Positions 12,132 to 23,964 of a stretch of DNA of 64,000 nucleotides are shown one piece after another. The stretch is from positions 388,955 to 452,954 of the forward strand of contig JAAOMT010000328.1 in NCBI GenBank assembly GCA_016748015.1, in the 5' to 3' direction. The notes under the pieces are model-generated. The model ran no database searches and was not told where the DNA came from. It saw nothing but the letters and a program-made list of their open reading frames with translations. The position numbers were made by a program, and so were the translations under genes. The DNA is from Geosiphon pyriformis uo1 (taxonomy: Eukaryota > Fungi > Glomeromycota). Position 1 is the first letter of the stretch. Every line of letters starts with the position of its first letter.

Positions 12132-12163
12132 AGAGAAAAAAAACTCTTTCTCTCCTAAATTTC

Positions 12164-14182
12164 ATGACCACGAATAGAGCTAAGAGTAAAAAAGTTGCAA
12201 ATGTTACTTTTCCTATAGTAACTAATAAAGTTTCAACACAAGAAGGTCTCTCTGTTATTGAAGCAGCTAGACAAAACGTTCTGGCAACATTTCTTTTAAA
12301 AAATAATAGTAATAAGCTGCCTTTAGCGGCTTCTGGTTCATTTTCTTCTCCTTTGGCTGGAAGTTCTTCTCCAGTCAAAGTCCTTTCAAAAAGACACACT
12401 TGGGTTAGTTCTAGTGTTGTCTCTACCACTTCAAAAAGCCCAAAAATTTTTAATAACAGACCAGTCAACAAGTTGGTCTTTCCTGCTCTCACCACTCTCA
12501 CTACTACTTCTACTACTACTGCTTCACAAATGGCCACAAAAGCGAAAAATCCCAAAAAACAGCAGCAGGCAGTCACAACTGCTATGGTCACACCGAACCC
12601 CTTTGTGGTTCCAGATGAGATCTTCAGTAAGATCTCCACAGCAGCAGCCAGTCCTATTCCTAATATGGATGGCAACAGCAGCAGCACATCTCCCAAGATG
12701 GGCCAAGATCAACCACTGGCTGTGTTGCCTGATGTGGTACTCTCCAGCAGATCATCACCAATTCCAGTAGCAAAACAGTCCATTAATCTAGATGATCTCA
12801 AAGATTGGGCTGATCAGATGGAAATGGAATCAACTGTTCCCCCCAGTTTCTGGTGCATCTGATGCTGATGCTTGGGTGAATATGAATGGACATTAAAGGT
12901 TCTCTGGTTGGGTGGCCTCCAATCTTGTACCTGGTGCTACATTTAAGATTAAGATGGCTTTGCTCAGTTCTTTGTTTCAGTTGCTGCCTGGTTGTATTGG
13001 GCTTAAATATGTTTCACGAGATGCTGTCAAGTTGTTCTGTGTGGAATTTGCATCTCAGGAGTGTCTAAATGGTGCTACCAAAGTGGCCATTGGTGATGAG
13101 GTTTTTTTGACCACTCTTAAGATTGCACAATATCGGGAGTAGCCTCTGTTTCTTCCTCTTCTTTTCAGTTGCATTGTGTGATGTACCCTTGGGTGCCTCT
13201 TCTGATGACATCAAATCTGCTCTTGGCATTTTTGGTGTTGTCACTTCTGTTAAGTTGAAGTCTGCTGGCTTATGGCAATATGCTGTGGTTAACTTTAAGG
13301 ACATTTCTTCTGCTGCTGCTGCTCTCTCTAACTGGTCTGTGTTGGTCAGAAAAGATAGTGTTAGGATTCTTCCTATTGCCAACCAAAAGGAGGTTATCTC
13401 CTCAAGAGATGCTTTCAAAGCTAACCTGGTTAATCTTTCATTTGGCTGCACTGCATTTGAGATAAGTGATCTGGTCTCCCAAGTTGGTGGCCGTACATGT
13501 TTCATTCCCTGCTCCCCTGATTCCTATTGACATCAACACTTTACAGTGGTGACCTTTGGCTTTTTGGAATCTTTGAACACTGCTGTTTCAAAAACTGGTA
13601 CCTTATGTGGCTGCTGCATCTGGTGGGAAACTCCTGGATGTCGTCGCTGCTATAGATGTCAAAGTTTAGATCATTTGGCTGTGGACTGCAAGGTGTTGTC
13701 ACCTCTCCCTCCCAAACTTTCTTCTAATTCTGCTGGTGGTCCCATCATTTTCAAGTCATCCCTCGTTGGAGCTAAATCTTATGCCAAAGCCACCACTTCT
13801 GTGGTTCCTCCTGTTGCTGCTGTGGCTGATACAGGTCTGGCTTTCAGTACCTCCCCCAAAGTTGTGGTGCCGCTGTTGCCGGTTGCCTCCTCTGGTTCAG
13901 ATGTTGCTGTTAATGCTAGGTTGGCTTCTCTGGAAACCCAACTTAGTGAACTGTCTTTGTTGATCAAACCTATAGTTGAGCCTGTGGGTTCTTTGGTTGC
14001 ATTGGTTACTATGTTATTGTCTACTCCACCAGTTATGGCAGAGGCAATGAAGGAAAGTATGATTGGATTGGGAAACCAAATTAAGGCTGTTTGTGCTGTG
14101 GCTTCTGTGCTGCAAAAGAAAGTGGGGGCCCTCAAGTTGAGGAGTGGGAAGGTACACTATAACATATTTGATGATGAAGACA

Positions 14183-14223
<41 letters not shown>

Positions 14224-14442
14224 AGTGATGCTAAAGATTTTTCAGTCTATGATGATACATTTGATGCGATAATAGAGTTATGGGAGGTTCAATCCTCTAA
14301 TATCAAGTCTGATCCAGATCAGACTGCTAAGTGGATAAGCAGTCTTGTTAAGAGTAGTCATGAACTTGTATGCATTATGAGTAAGATGTATGAATTAGAT
14401 ATGTTTAATACATTAGATAGCAAAGGTAGTATTAGCATGTAG
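12164..14442 (+). pseudogene. ORF1p-like protein (~750 aa): S/T-rich N-terminus, RRM-like region, CCHC knuckle, coiled coil, acidic tail; disrupted
   Basis: VALCDVPLG..GIFGVVTSVKL..WQYAVVNF, CYRCQSLDHLAVDC and RLASLETQLSEL; alignable to LINE-D ORF1. Confidence 0.8.
14185..14223 (+). repeat. (GAT)13 microsatellite encoding poly-Asp
   Basis: Read directly; shorter and imperfect in the other two copies. Confidence 0.95.
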
Positions 14443-16304
14443 TTAGGGCTTTCCGTTTGTGGTTAGCCACATCTTGTAATATGTATTATTGGGTGAGCTG
14501 GCTTTATGAAACTGCCACATTACTATGGAATAACTAATAAACGACCAGCATGGCTACATGTTAACAAAAAAAAAAAACAATGAAGGAATGTACAAGATAA
14601 GTTGAGGCTTAGAAAGGAAATAGAAATATCAATGGATAGATCACTGGTAAAAACTGGTTTTGAGGATGCTAGGGGAGCAGCCGCTTTTGTTACACATGAA
14701 ATAGAGGCCAACTTTGGTATGGCTGTTAATGGAACATTATCATCAACAAAAACTGAAGCAAAAGCTGTATTATTGGCTTTGGAAGCAGTGCTTTACAAAT
14801 GCAAACTGACATTGAACACAGATAGTCAGGCAGTAGTGTCAACAGCTCAAAAATGGTTGTCCAAAAATTCTCTCTTGTCTATCAGAAACCAGCTCAAAAC
14901 TCCTAACTGGTGCACATGAAATGTAATTAAAGCAGTGATAGGGAAAAAAAGAATTGATCTTATCATAAACAAAGTGGCTGCACACACTGGTATATCTGAA
15001 AATGAGATGGCTAACAAACTAGCCAAAGAAGCTACTATTTTTAACACAGTGGATTGGGCTTACAATGCTGAGAACATCAGTTACATTCCATCTTGCAGAG
15101 AAGTTGAATTGGATCTGAATATCAGACATTTTCTGAGCCAACAGACTGGTATTCAAGGAGCCTTGGATTGGATTGGCAATGACAAAGTACAAGAAACAGT
15201 AGGGTCCTTAGACCAGAGAGTAGACTGGAAGAGCACAACCAAAGTGTGGAACTGGGATGGTAAAATGTCATCAGGCTTCACCTTAGCTGGTTCTTCAGCA
15301 ATGCATACATTTATTATGAAATCATTCCACAACATGTTGTCAACAGCAGAGGTGCTATACAACAGACATCCTTTAGTGTATATAAACAATCTGTGCAAAA
15401 TATGCCACACAGAAGTTGAAACCAACCAACACTTTTGGGTATGCTCTCTGAATACTCAAAAGGGCAAGACACTAATAGATGATGTAAGGAATGAGTGGAT
15501 GTGGTGCTTATCAAAGGCTGTAAGAGGGAAACATAAAATCTTAGACCTTAGTGAGAGGGTTGTTCTGTCTAATAAGTACATCAGGACAACACACAACATA
15601 GATCTGCTATGCAAAGAACTGATCAATGAGCAATTTGGAAGAATCAATGCTTTTGCTGACATTGATCAGAGGGCTAATGATAATATCTTAATTAAGGTGT
15701 GTAAATAGGCTGTAACTCAAGCGAGAAATAGACTATGGAGAGAACATTGTAGGTTACAAACTGAATGGGAAAAAATGATGAGTGTTAATAATGGGTGACC
15801 AATATATGCCAATTGCCTAGAAATGGTAGTAACAGTAGTGCTAACTCCAATATTAAAATGAGAGATGGATTCCAACATTGTAATAAGATATTGACTGATG
15901 TTTTGGGTAGTAGAAATACTTTAAGTAATGGTGTAATACCCCTTAGGTTTTCTGGTTATACTAGTGTGTAGTTAGGCATAGCCACTTTGTGGTTAGCCAC
16001 ATCTTGTAACTTAGATTATTGGGTGAGTTGGCTTTATGAAAAAGCTGTGCTTTTCGAGCATGGCTAAACTAATAAAAGACCAGTGTGGCTACACATTAAC
16101 AAAAAAAAAAAATTATCACTGTGGATTAACTGGACATTTCTCCAGAGATTGTAACAATTCTCTCCTGTCTCTTCCAGCTCTCAGAAACAATGACAATCAA
16201 AACAATAGAACCATCAACAACAATGTCTCTAACCAAAGACCCAATCATGCCAATATCAATTTCTTTGGAGAGAATCCCTTAGTTGAAGCCACTGTTTATT
16301 AGCC

Positions 16305-19300
16305 TTTAAACTGGTAGGTGCACCTCCAAAAGGTGAGAGTGCAAGCCAACCAGAAAAAAACCCCTTTTATGCTTTTAACCTAACTGATAATGACCATAAC
16401 ATGGATGAACTAGCAATCAACAAGAAAGAAAAAGAAAGCCAAGATTGATTTCATTATAGATCCAAACAAAGCATCCAAATCAACTGCTGATAACAATAAG
16501 CCACCAAAGACTAAAGTTTTCAAGAATTCTCCTAAGTTATTCTGTTGTCAAAGATCTCATGGAAATGTCTGCTCACATTACCTTTGGCCAGTTAATGACC
16601 CATCCCCAATTCAAAAAAAACCTTCACAAATTTTTGATTCCTAAGAAAAAGACATCAAAGACCAACAAATGCCCACACCAAGCTGAACTTGCTGACAACA
16701 GCAATGTTACCCCTCTTATTTGTAAAGCCCAAGTGGCTGGTTACTTCATTAATCTGATTCTGGACAGTGGATTATTTGTTAGCATCATTGCCAGACACTT
16801 CTTAGAAGCAATTGACAGAAAGATTGATGAACTGTCCACAAGACCAATGACCAATATACATGGTGACAAGAAGAAAGGTTTGGGCATAGCCAAAGCTGTT
16901 CCTGTCCGAATCAATGGCATCAGCATTGAAACTGACATGGAAGTATCTGAAGCAAAAGAATACACCATAATAGTTGGCAATGAATAACTCAAGAAAGCAA
17001 AAGCCTTGCTTGATTATGAACTCTGTAAACTAACCATTAGATGTGTTGAGAAACCTATTGTGGTTAAGTGCCATCATTAGACAACCCCTCCAGTATCCAA
17101 ACAGAACCAAGAAGAAGAACAATCAGATGAATCAGATGATAATGAGAGTAATGAAAAAAAAGATCAAGAAGAACAAGAAAAAACTGCTGAACTCATCTAT
17201 ACTCTTTTCACCAGCAATGGCAAGCCACTGAACAATGTTAAAGCTAACAAAGAAGGAATCATGGTAAATGATAAGCTGATTTGCTGGCATTACTATAACA
17301 TCTTCAGAAGAACCTTTGATAGAAAACATGACAAGAAAGCAAAATACAGTTATTGGTGACATGGTCCTTGTGCCAGATGCTGGTGTAATAAATCTTTGTA
17401 TTCTCCTAGTGATGAATGCAAGTCTTGCCTAATCTATTACAAAGATTGGAAGCCAATTAGTTTGATATCCAGAGAAGAACTATAAGAAGTACAGAAGTCC
17501 TTTGAGAGTAAACCACCTGAAATCCAATCACTAGTTGTAGAACAAAAAAAACCTTTCCCTGAAGAAAGAAAAGTGAACATTGAAAATTTGTTGGCTAGGA
17601 ATAGTCCAGTTATCTCAAAAGAAGGTGATACCCCTGGACGAATTCATGTGATACAACACATCATCACCACAAAAGAAACTCATCTCATCCATTTGAAGCT
17701 TTATCAATCCAATTGACACAATGATGAGTTTATCAAGAAAGAGATAAACTGGATGAAAGATCTTGAATTCATACAAGAAACCAAGAGTGAATGGGCTTTC
17801 CTAGTTGTAGTGGTATCTAAGAAAGATGAAACCCTATGCTTTTGTGTTGACTACTGCCAACTAAATGCCATCACTATAAGAGACATGTACTCACTCCCTA
17901 AAATTGATGCAATGCTAGATAAATTCAATGGTGTTGCTTTTTTCTCAACTATTGACTTAACTGCTGGATTCTGGTAAGTAGAGATGAATCCAGAAAGCAA
18001 AAAGAAAACTGTCTTCATTACCAAGTATGACATCTATGAATTCACAGTCATGTCTTTTGGTCTCATCCACCTTTCAATGCTTAATGAACAAAACTTTGTT
18101 TTGGTCTACTTAGATGACATAATGGTCTACTTAAAAACCTAGGATAAATACCTTGAACATTTGCAGAAGGTTTTTGACCTGCTCAGAAATGCTGGCCTTA
18201 AGATCAACCCAATCAAATCTTTCTTTGGATGCCAATCCACCCAGTTTCTTGGTCATCTTATTATGAAAGATAGAATTTTCTCTGACTTAGCTAAAGTTGA
18301 AAATGTTTAAAACATTAAACAACCAATAAATGTTCCTGAACTACATTTTTTCCTTGGTTTGGCTTCTTATTATCACAAATTTATCAAGAATTTCTCCAAA
18401 ATTGTCTTTTCTTTCAATTAGCTACTTAGAAAAAATGTCAATTATTACTGGGACACTTATCAACAAAAAGCTTTTGAAATTCTGAAGAAAAAACTTGTTA
18501 CTTAATCAATTCTCAAGCAATCTGATTTGGACCAACCTTTTATCCTCCACACTAATGCATCTGGCTATCGATTTGGTGCTGTCCTTTCACAGAAAGATGA
18601 AAATGGCAGAGAACATGTCATAGCATATGCCAGTAGATCCTTTACACCAGCAGAAAAGAACTATTCAGTTACTAAATAGAAATGTTTAGCAGTAGTTTGG
18701 GCTACTAGTTATTGGGATCAATATTTTTTTGGTGTAAAATTTCTAGTAGTAACAGATTATCAAGCCTTGGTTTGGCTGTACAATAAAAAGAAGCTAAAAC
18801 ACAAATGAATAACTTGCTAGATACTCCACTTGAATGAATTTGATTATGATATTCAACACCATAAAAGAGCAAATTATCAAAACACTGACACTTTCTCTAA
18901 ACTTACCATCCAGTGATAATACAACCTCTTAAACCAAACTAATCTAATTATTAGTAACTCCTTCATAAACAAACACAATAATGGACTTGGACAACTATTC
19001 TGTCTTAATAGAATTTTTGGGTAAAGGACAATACCCATCAGAATACACTTGACAGCAAAGAGAACATTTGCATAAACAATCAAATTTCTATTTGATTCAC
19101 CAGAATCAGCTATATAAAAGAAATAGAAATGAAGAAAGAGAAATTGTAATATACAATATGCACACTGACCCATTAGCTGGACACTTTAGAAAAACAAAAA
19201 CAATTCAAAAAATCTTAGCTTACTATTATTGGCCTACCTTGAAAAAAGACATTGCTGAATACATTAAAATCTGCAACATCTGCAAAAAAGATATCCATCC

Positions 19301-22300
19301 AATCTCTGTTAGTCAAACATTTGACAGAATTGGTATAGATGTTGTTAGATCTTTACAATAACTTCTAATGGCAATAAATACATTATCACAGCTACTGACT
19401 ATCTTACAAAGTGGGTAGAAGCAAGAGCCACTTCAAACCAAACAGCAGTCTCAATAGCCAATTTTATTTTTGAAGATATTATCTGCCATTATGGCTGCCC
19501 CAAAGAACTTTTATTTGATAGAGAAAGAGCTTTTCTTAGTACACTGGTTGAAGAACTTTGCAGGAAAATGAAAATATGTTACAAACTTTCCTTTCCCTAT
19601 CACTCCCAAACAAATGGCCTAGTGGAATGTTTCAATAGAACATTATGTGAAACCTCAGCCAAAACCAGTGAAGAAACAAACTTATGAGACAAAGTATTGC
19701 CTTCAACTTTGTTTGCTTATAGAACTGTGAATCATAACATAACAAATTATGAATCTTTTTATTTGCTCTATGGACATATGGCAACACTACCAATAGAAAC
19801 TGACATTAAGACAATACTTTTTGAAGAGATATTCTGCAAAAAAGACTTGGTATTATTCTTGACTCTTTGGTAAAAGCACAAATAATTGCTTTTAAAAAGA
19901 TAAAACAGTTTCAAGGAAAAAAAACTCTTTCTCTCTTAAATTTCATGACCATGAATAGAGCTAAGAGTAAAAAAGTTGCAAATGTTACTTTTCCTATAGT
20001 AACTAATAAAGTTTCAACATGAGAGGGTCTCTCTGTTATTGAGGCAGCTAGACAAAACGTTCTGGCTACATTTCCTTTGAAAAATACTAGTGATAAGCTG
20101 CCTTTAGTGGCTTCTGGTTCATTTTCTTCACCTTTGGCTGGTGGTTCTTCTCCAGTCAAAGTTCCTTCCAAAAGACACACTCAGGTTAGTTCTAGTGTTG
20201 TCTCTACTACTTCTAAAAGCCCAAAGATTTTTAATAACAGACCAGTCAACAAGTTGGTCTTTCCTGCTTTCACCACTCCCACTACTACTACTACTACTAC
20301 TTCACAAATGGCCACGAAAGCAAAAAATTCCAAAAAACAGCAGCAGGCAGTCACAACTGCTATGGTTACACTAAATTCCTTTGTGGTTCCAGATGAGATC
20401 TTGGGTAAGATCTCCACAGCAGCAGCCAGCCCTCTTCCTGATATGGATGGCAACAGCAGTAGCACATCTTCCAAGATGGGCCAAGATCAACCACTGGCTG
20501 TGTTGCCTGATGTGGTACTCTCCAGCAGATCATTGCCAATCCCAGTAGCAAAACAGTCCATCAATCCAGATGATCTCAAAGATTGGGCTGATCAGATGGA
20601 AAAGGAATCAACTGTCCTCCTCCCAGTTTCTGGTGTCACTGATGGTGGTGCTTGGGAAAATGTGAATGGTCATCAGAGGTTCTCTGGTTGGGTGGCCTCC
20701 AATCTAGTATCTGGTGCCACATTCAAGATCAAGATGGCCCTTCTTTGTTTTTTGTTTCAGCTGCTGCCTGGTTGTATTGGGCTTAAGTCAGTTTTACGAG
20801 TTGTTCTGTGTGAAATTTGCATCTTAGGAGAGTCTAACTGGTGCCACCAAAGTGGCCATTGGTAATGAGATTTTTTTGACTACTTTTAAGATTGCATGGT
20901 CTACTGGTGTGGCCTTTGTTTCTTCTCTATCTCTGTCAGTTACACTGCATGATGTTTCTTTGGATACTTTTTCTGATGACATCAAAACTGCTCTTGGCAT
21001 TTTTGGTGTTGTCACTTCTGTTAAGTTAAAGTCTGCTGGCTTATGGCAATATGCTGTGGTTCATTTTAAGGACACTTCTTCTGCTGCTACTGCTCTTTCT
21101 TACTGGTTTGTTCTGGTCAGAAAAGACAGTGTTAGAATTCTTCCCATTGCCAACCAAAAGGAGATTATTTCCTCAAGAGATACCTTCAAAGCTAAGCTGA
21201 TCAATCTTCCCTTTGGCTGTACTGCATTTGAAATAAGTGATTTGGTCTTCCAAGTTGGTGGCTGTACATGTTTCATTCCCTGCTTCCCTGATTCCTATCA
21301 ACATCAATGGTTTGCTGTGGTTACTTTTGATTCCTTAGAATCTTTGAACATTGCTGTTTCTAAAACTGGTACCTTACATGGCTGCCGCATCTGGTGGGAA
21401 ACACCTGGATGTCACTGTTGCTATAGGTGTCAAGGTCTGGACCACTTGGCTTTAGAGTGCAAGGTGTCTCCACCCCTCCTTCCCAAAGTCCCTTCCAACT
21501 TCTCTGGTGGCCCCAAAGTTTTCAAATCCTCATTTGCTAGATCCAAATCTTATGCCAAGGCTGCTGCTTTTGTGGTTCCTTCTATTGCTGCTGCTGCTGA
21601 TGTGAACTTGGATCTCGGTGGTCCCCCCCCTCCCAACTACAATGCTCATGTTGCCTGCTGTTTCTTCTGTTTCCAATACTGCTGTTGAGTCTAGGTTGGC
21701 TTCTCTTGAGTCCAGCCTTAGTGAACTATCTGTGTTGATTAAATCCTTAGTTGAGCCTGTTGGTACTCTGGTTGCATTGGTTACCAAATTGCTGTCTACT
21801 CCATCTGCTGTGGACATATCAGTTAAGGAATGTGTGGATGGGTTGGCTAAGCAAAATAAAGACTTGGCTGCTGTTGCCACTGTGATGCAGAAAAGACTAA
21901 CACATCTTGAGACAATAAGTGAATGGATCTGTTTGGAAAATAGATCAGATGTTGATGACATGGTTGATGATATTGATAATGATAATGATGATGAAGATAA
22001 AGATTTTTCAGTTTATGATAACACCTTCAATGTCATGATGCACCTATGGGAAGAACAGTCTTCCAGAATCAAATCCAGTTCTGATCAGACTGCTAAGTGG
22101 ATGAGTGGTATGGTTAAGAATAGTCATGAGCTTGTTAGCATTATGGGTAAGATGTATGAATTAGATATGTTTGATACATTAGGTAGCAAAGGTAGTACTA
22201 GCATGTAGTTAGGGCTTTCTACTTGTGGTTAGCCGCATCTTGTGATTTTGTATTATTGGGTGAGCTGGCTTTATGAAACTGCCACATTACTGTGGTTATA

Positions 22301-22662
22301 ACTAATAAACAACCAGCGTGACTACATGTTAACAAAAAAAATAAAAAATAAAACAGTTTTAAGAAAAGCTTAAAAAAAAGAAAACCTATAAAACACTTTC
22401 TTTAAGTATTGATAACTTGATATTGAAATACCATTCAGACAGAGACAATATTTATGGTGATAAATTCTCTAGCCAGTGGAAAGGACCCTTTATAGTCAAC
22501 AAAGTTTTGAACAATGGTTCTTATATTCTTCAAGATCAATTTGGAACAATTTTCAGTGATTATTCTGTTCATGATACATAATTCAAGAAATATCATAAAT
22601 GATCTGATTGGTTGGCTGTTGTGATAATACTGACCCAAATGATCAGCAAAAATCAAATATAA
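16305..22662 (+). pseudogene. pol: Gypsy-B pol, heavily disrupted, split at 19916-22347
   Basis: LILDSG, FSTIDLTAGFW, HTDPLAGHF, WKGPF; colinear with copy A. Confidence 0.9.
19916..22347 (+). mobile_element. ORF1-only (HAL1-like) retroelement, copy 2 (ORF ~19945-22208, disrupted)
   Basis: TSD ataaaacagtttcaag (19900-19915) / ataaaacagttttaag (22348-22363); poly(A); same 5' end and ORF as copy 1. Confidence 0.92.
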
Positions 22663-22703
22663 ATAAATGCACTTTTCCCAAAACAGAGATATCTTCAATC
22701 AAC

Positions 22704-23334
22704 ATGAACAATTATTCCTTTTATACTCTCCATGAGTATTGGATCAAAAACTATACAAATACTACTCTGACGATTGGAAAACAAAACACCATAATAAATA
22801 ACAGTGGAATACATACTGTTATTAGACCAAAGAAAACCACTACTAGAAAAGAAAGAATTGGTAGCAAAATGGATAAATATCTGTTAGAAAGTATAACAGC
22901 AGCTATACTTTCATCTTCTAGCACAATTGGAAAAACAATCAAAAAATCTTGTCTATAGACAAAAATTTGGCATATGGAAGGCAATTAGAACTCTATGGTC
23001 ACCTTAGTGAAATTATAAAGGATATGAAACTCATGAAGAAAACAACTTCAGAGATACAGGCAGAAATTTTGGGCATTATACATTTAGATGTTTCAAGAGT
23101 TTTAACTATTGCTAAAAGAGCCAAAACTCTAATACAAAGATTTGGTCTCTTGGATACAAAACTCATTTTATCTTAAGTGTTATATACTCTATCCACAAAA
23201 GACTTCAACAACTAGTTAGCTTTGAGTTAAATAAAACTCTTTAAATAGATTACATCATAAATAGCTTAATTTCACCAGAGCTCAATCTCTTTAAAAAGAA
23301 TAATGTTATGGTTGAAACCTATACTTCTTATTAA
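22704..23334 (+). pseudogene. Gypsy-B ORF3, disrupted
   Basis: MNNY..YTLHEYWIKNY...YGRQLELYG...AKTLIQRFG. Confidence 0.7.
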
Positions 23335-23964
23335 TTATCACATGTATTAGCCATTGATGTTATATAATTAGCCACTCTATTTTTAGATAGTGATTATTGA
23401 CCTGATCAATGATTTGACTATTGACCTGATCATTGACCTGATTATTGACCTAGTTGTTGACCTGATCATTGACCATTTTTGATAGCTATATAAGCAATGA
23501 ATCTCTTAGCTATAGAAAAGCATGTAAAAATAAAAGAAAATAAATAAATAAAATAACCACTTTCATCTTAATTATTCTCTTATTGCTAATTTCTCTTTCC
23601 TTACCTTCAAGTATCTGAACATTGGTTATTTCTTACTCTTTTTCTGAAATGTGTAATTGCAGTATTTGAAGATTATTGAATAAAATATAACTGAAAAGTA
23701 CATCTGATATCTGATATTGAATTCTAAGAGTGTTAACATGAGGCATAGAATTATACCAGTGTGTAATTATTTGTTGACAATATGGACTATCTCTCTACCT
23801 TTAGATTCTCTGGTTATCTTTTGAAAAATACAGTAACTGAGATATTTTATGAGACTGATCTCACACATTAAATTTATATTTATTCAATTCGCTCTTTGAA
23901 GTTGAATTTTTTTGATCTCTGTTCTCTCTTGCTATTTATTAGCTTGTTACTCCAACCCATAACA
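23304..23964 (+). repeat. 3' LTR of Gypsy-B
   Basis: TGTTATGG...CCATAACA. Confidence 0.93.

Larger units (their letters stand above)
12063..14577 (+). mobile_element. ORF1-only (HAL1-like) retroelement, copy 1
   Basis: TSD caatagaggaatgtaaaag (12044-12062) / caatgaaggaatgtacaag (14578-14596); single ORF, LINE-like 3' UTR, poly(A), no RT. Confidence 0.9.
8699..15971 (+). pseudogene. LINE-B ORF2 (APE-RT-RNase H-Cys/His), disrupted and split
   Basis: ORF fragments 8860-12049 and 14602-15708; ends ...GYTSV*. Confidence 0.9.
8699..16112 (+). mobile_element. LINE-B (ORF2 from endonuclease to poly(A)); interrupted at 12063-14577 and inserted in the gag of Gypsy-B
   Basis: APE motifs (ITETK, AGNLN, RLDYVF, TDHKAV), RT (RPITL, GLDQG, FVDD, YLGV), RNase H (DSQAV, VAAHTG..NE.A..LAK), 3' UTR and A-tail. 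Confidence 0.93.
16113..23964 (+). mobile_element. Gypsy family 1 copy B (from gag zinc knuckle to 3' LTR; 5' part presumably left of the window), interrupted by HAL-like copy 2
   Basis: YHCGLTGHFSRDC, PR, RT, RH, INT and ORF3 remnants, then the LTR. Confidence 0.92.

Noticed and set aside
12013-12696. Long antisense ORFs over the HAL-like N-terminus (also 26070-26624) and LINE ORF1 (36317-36856)
   Set aside because: Codon-register shadows of S/T/A-rich sense ORFs, with non-ATG starts and ends that vary with flanking DNA.
14495-14560. 3' UTR 'ttatgaaa...ga' as a SECIS element or hammerhead ribozyme
   Set aside because: No proper non-Watson-Crick quartet geometry and no CUGAnGA/GAAA core; the in-frame TGA codons are copy-specific decay of TGG/CGA.
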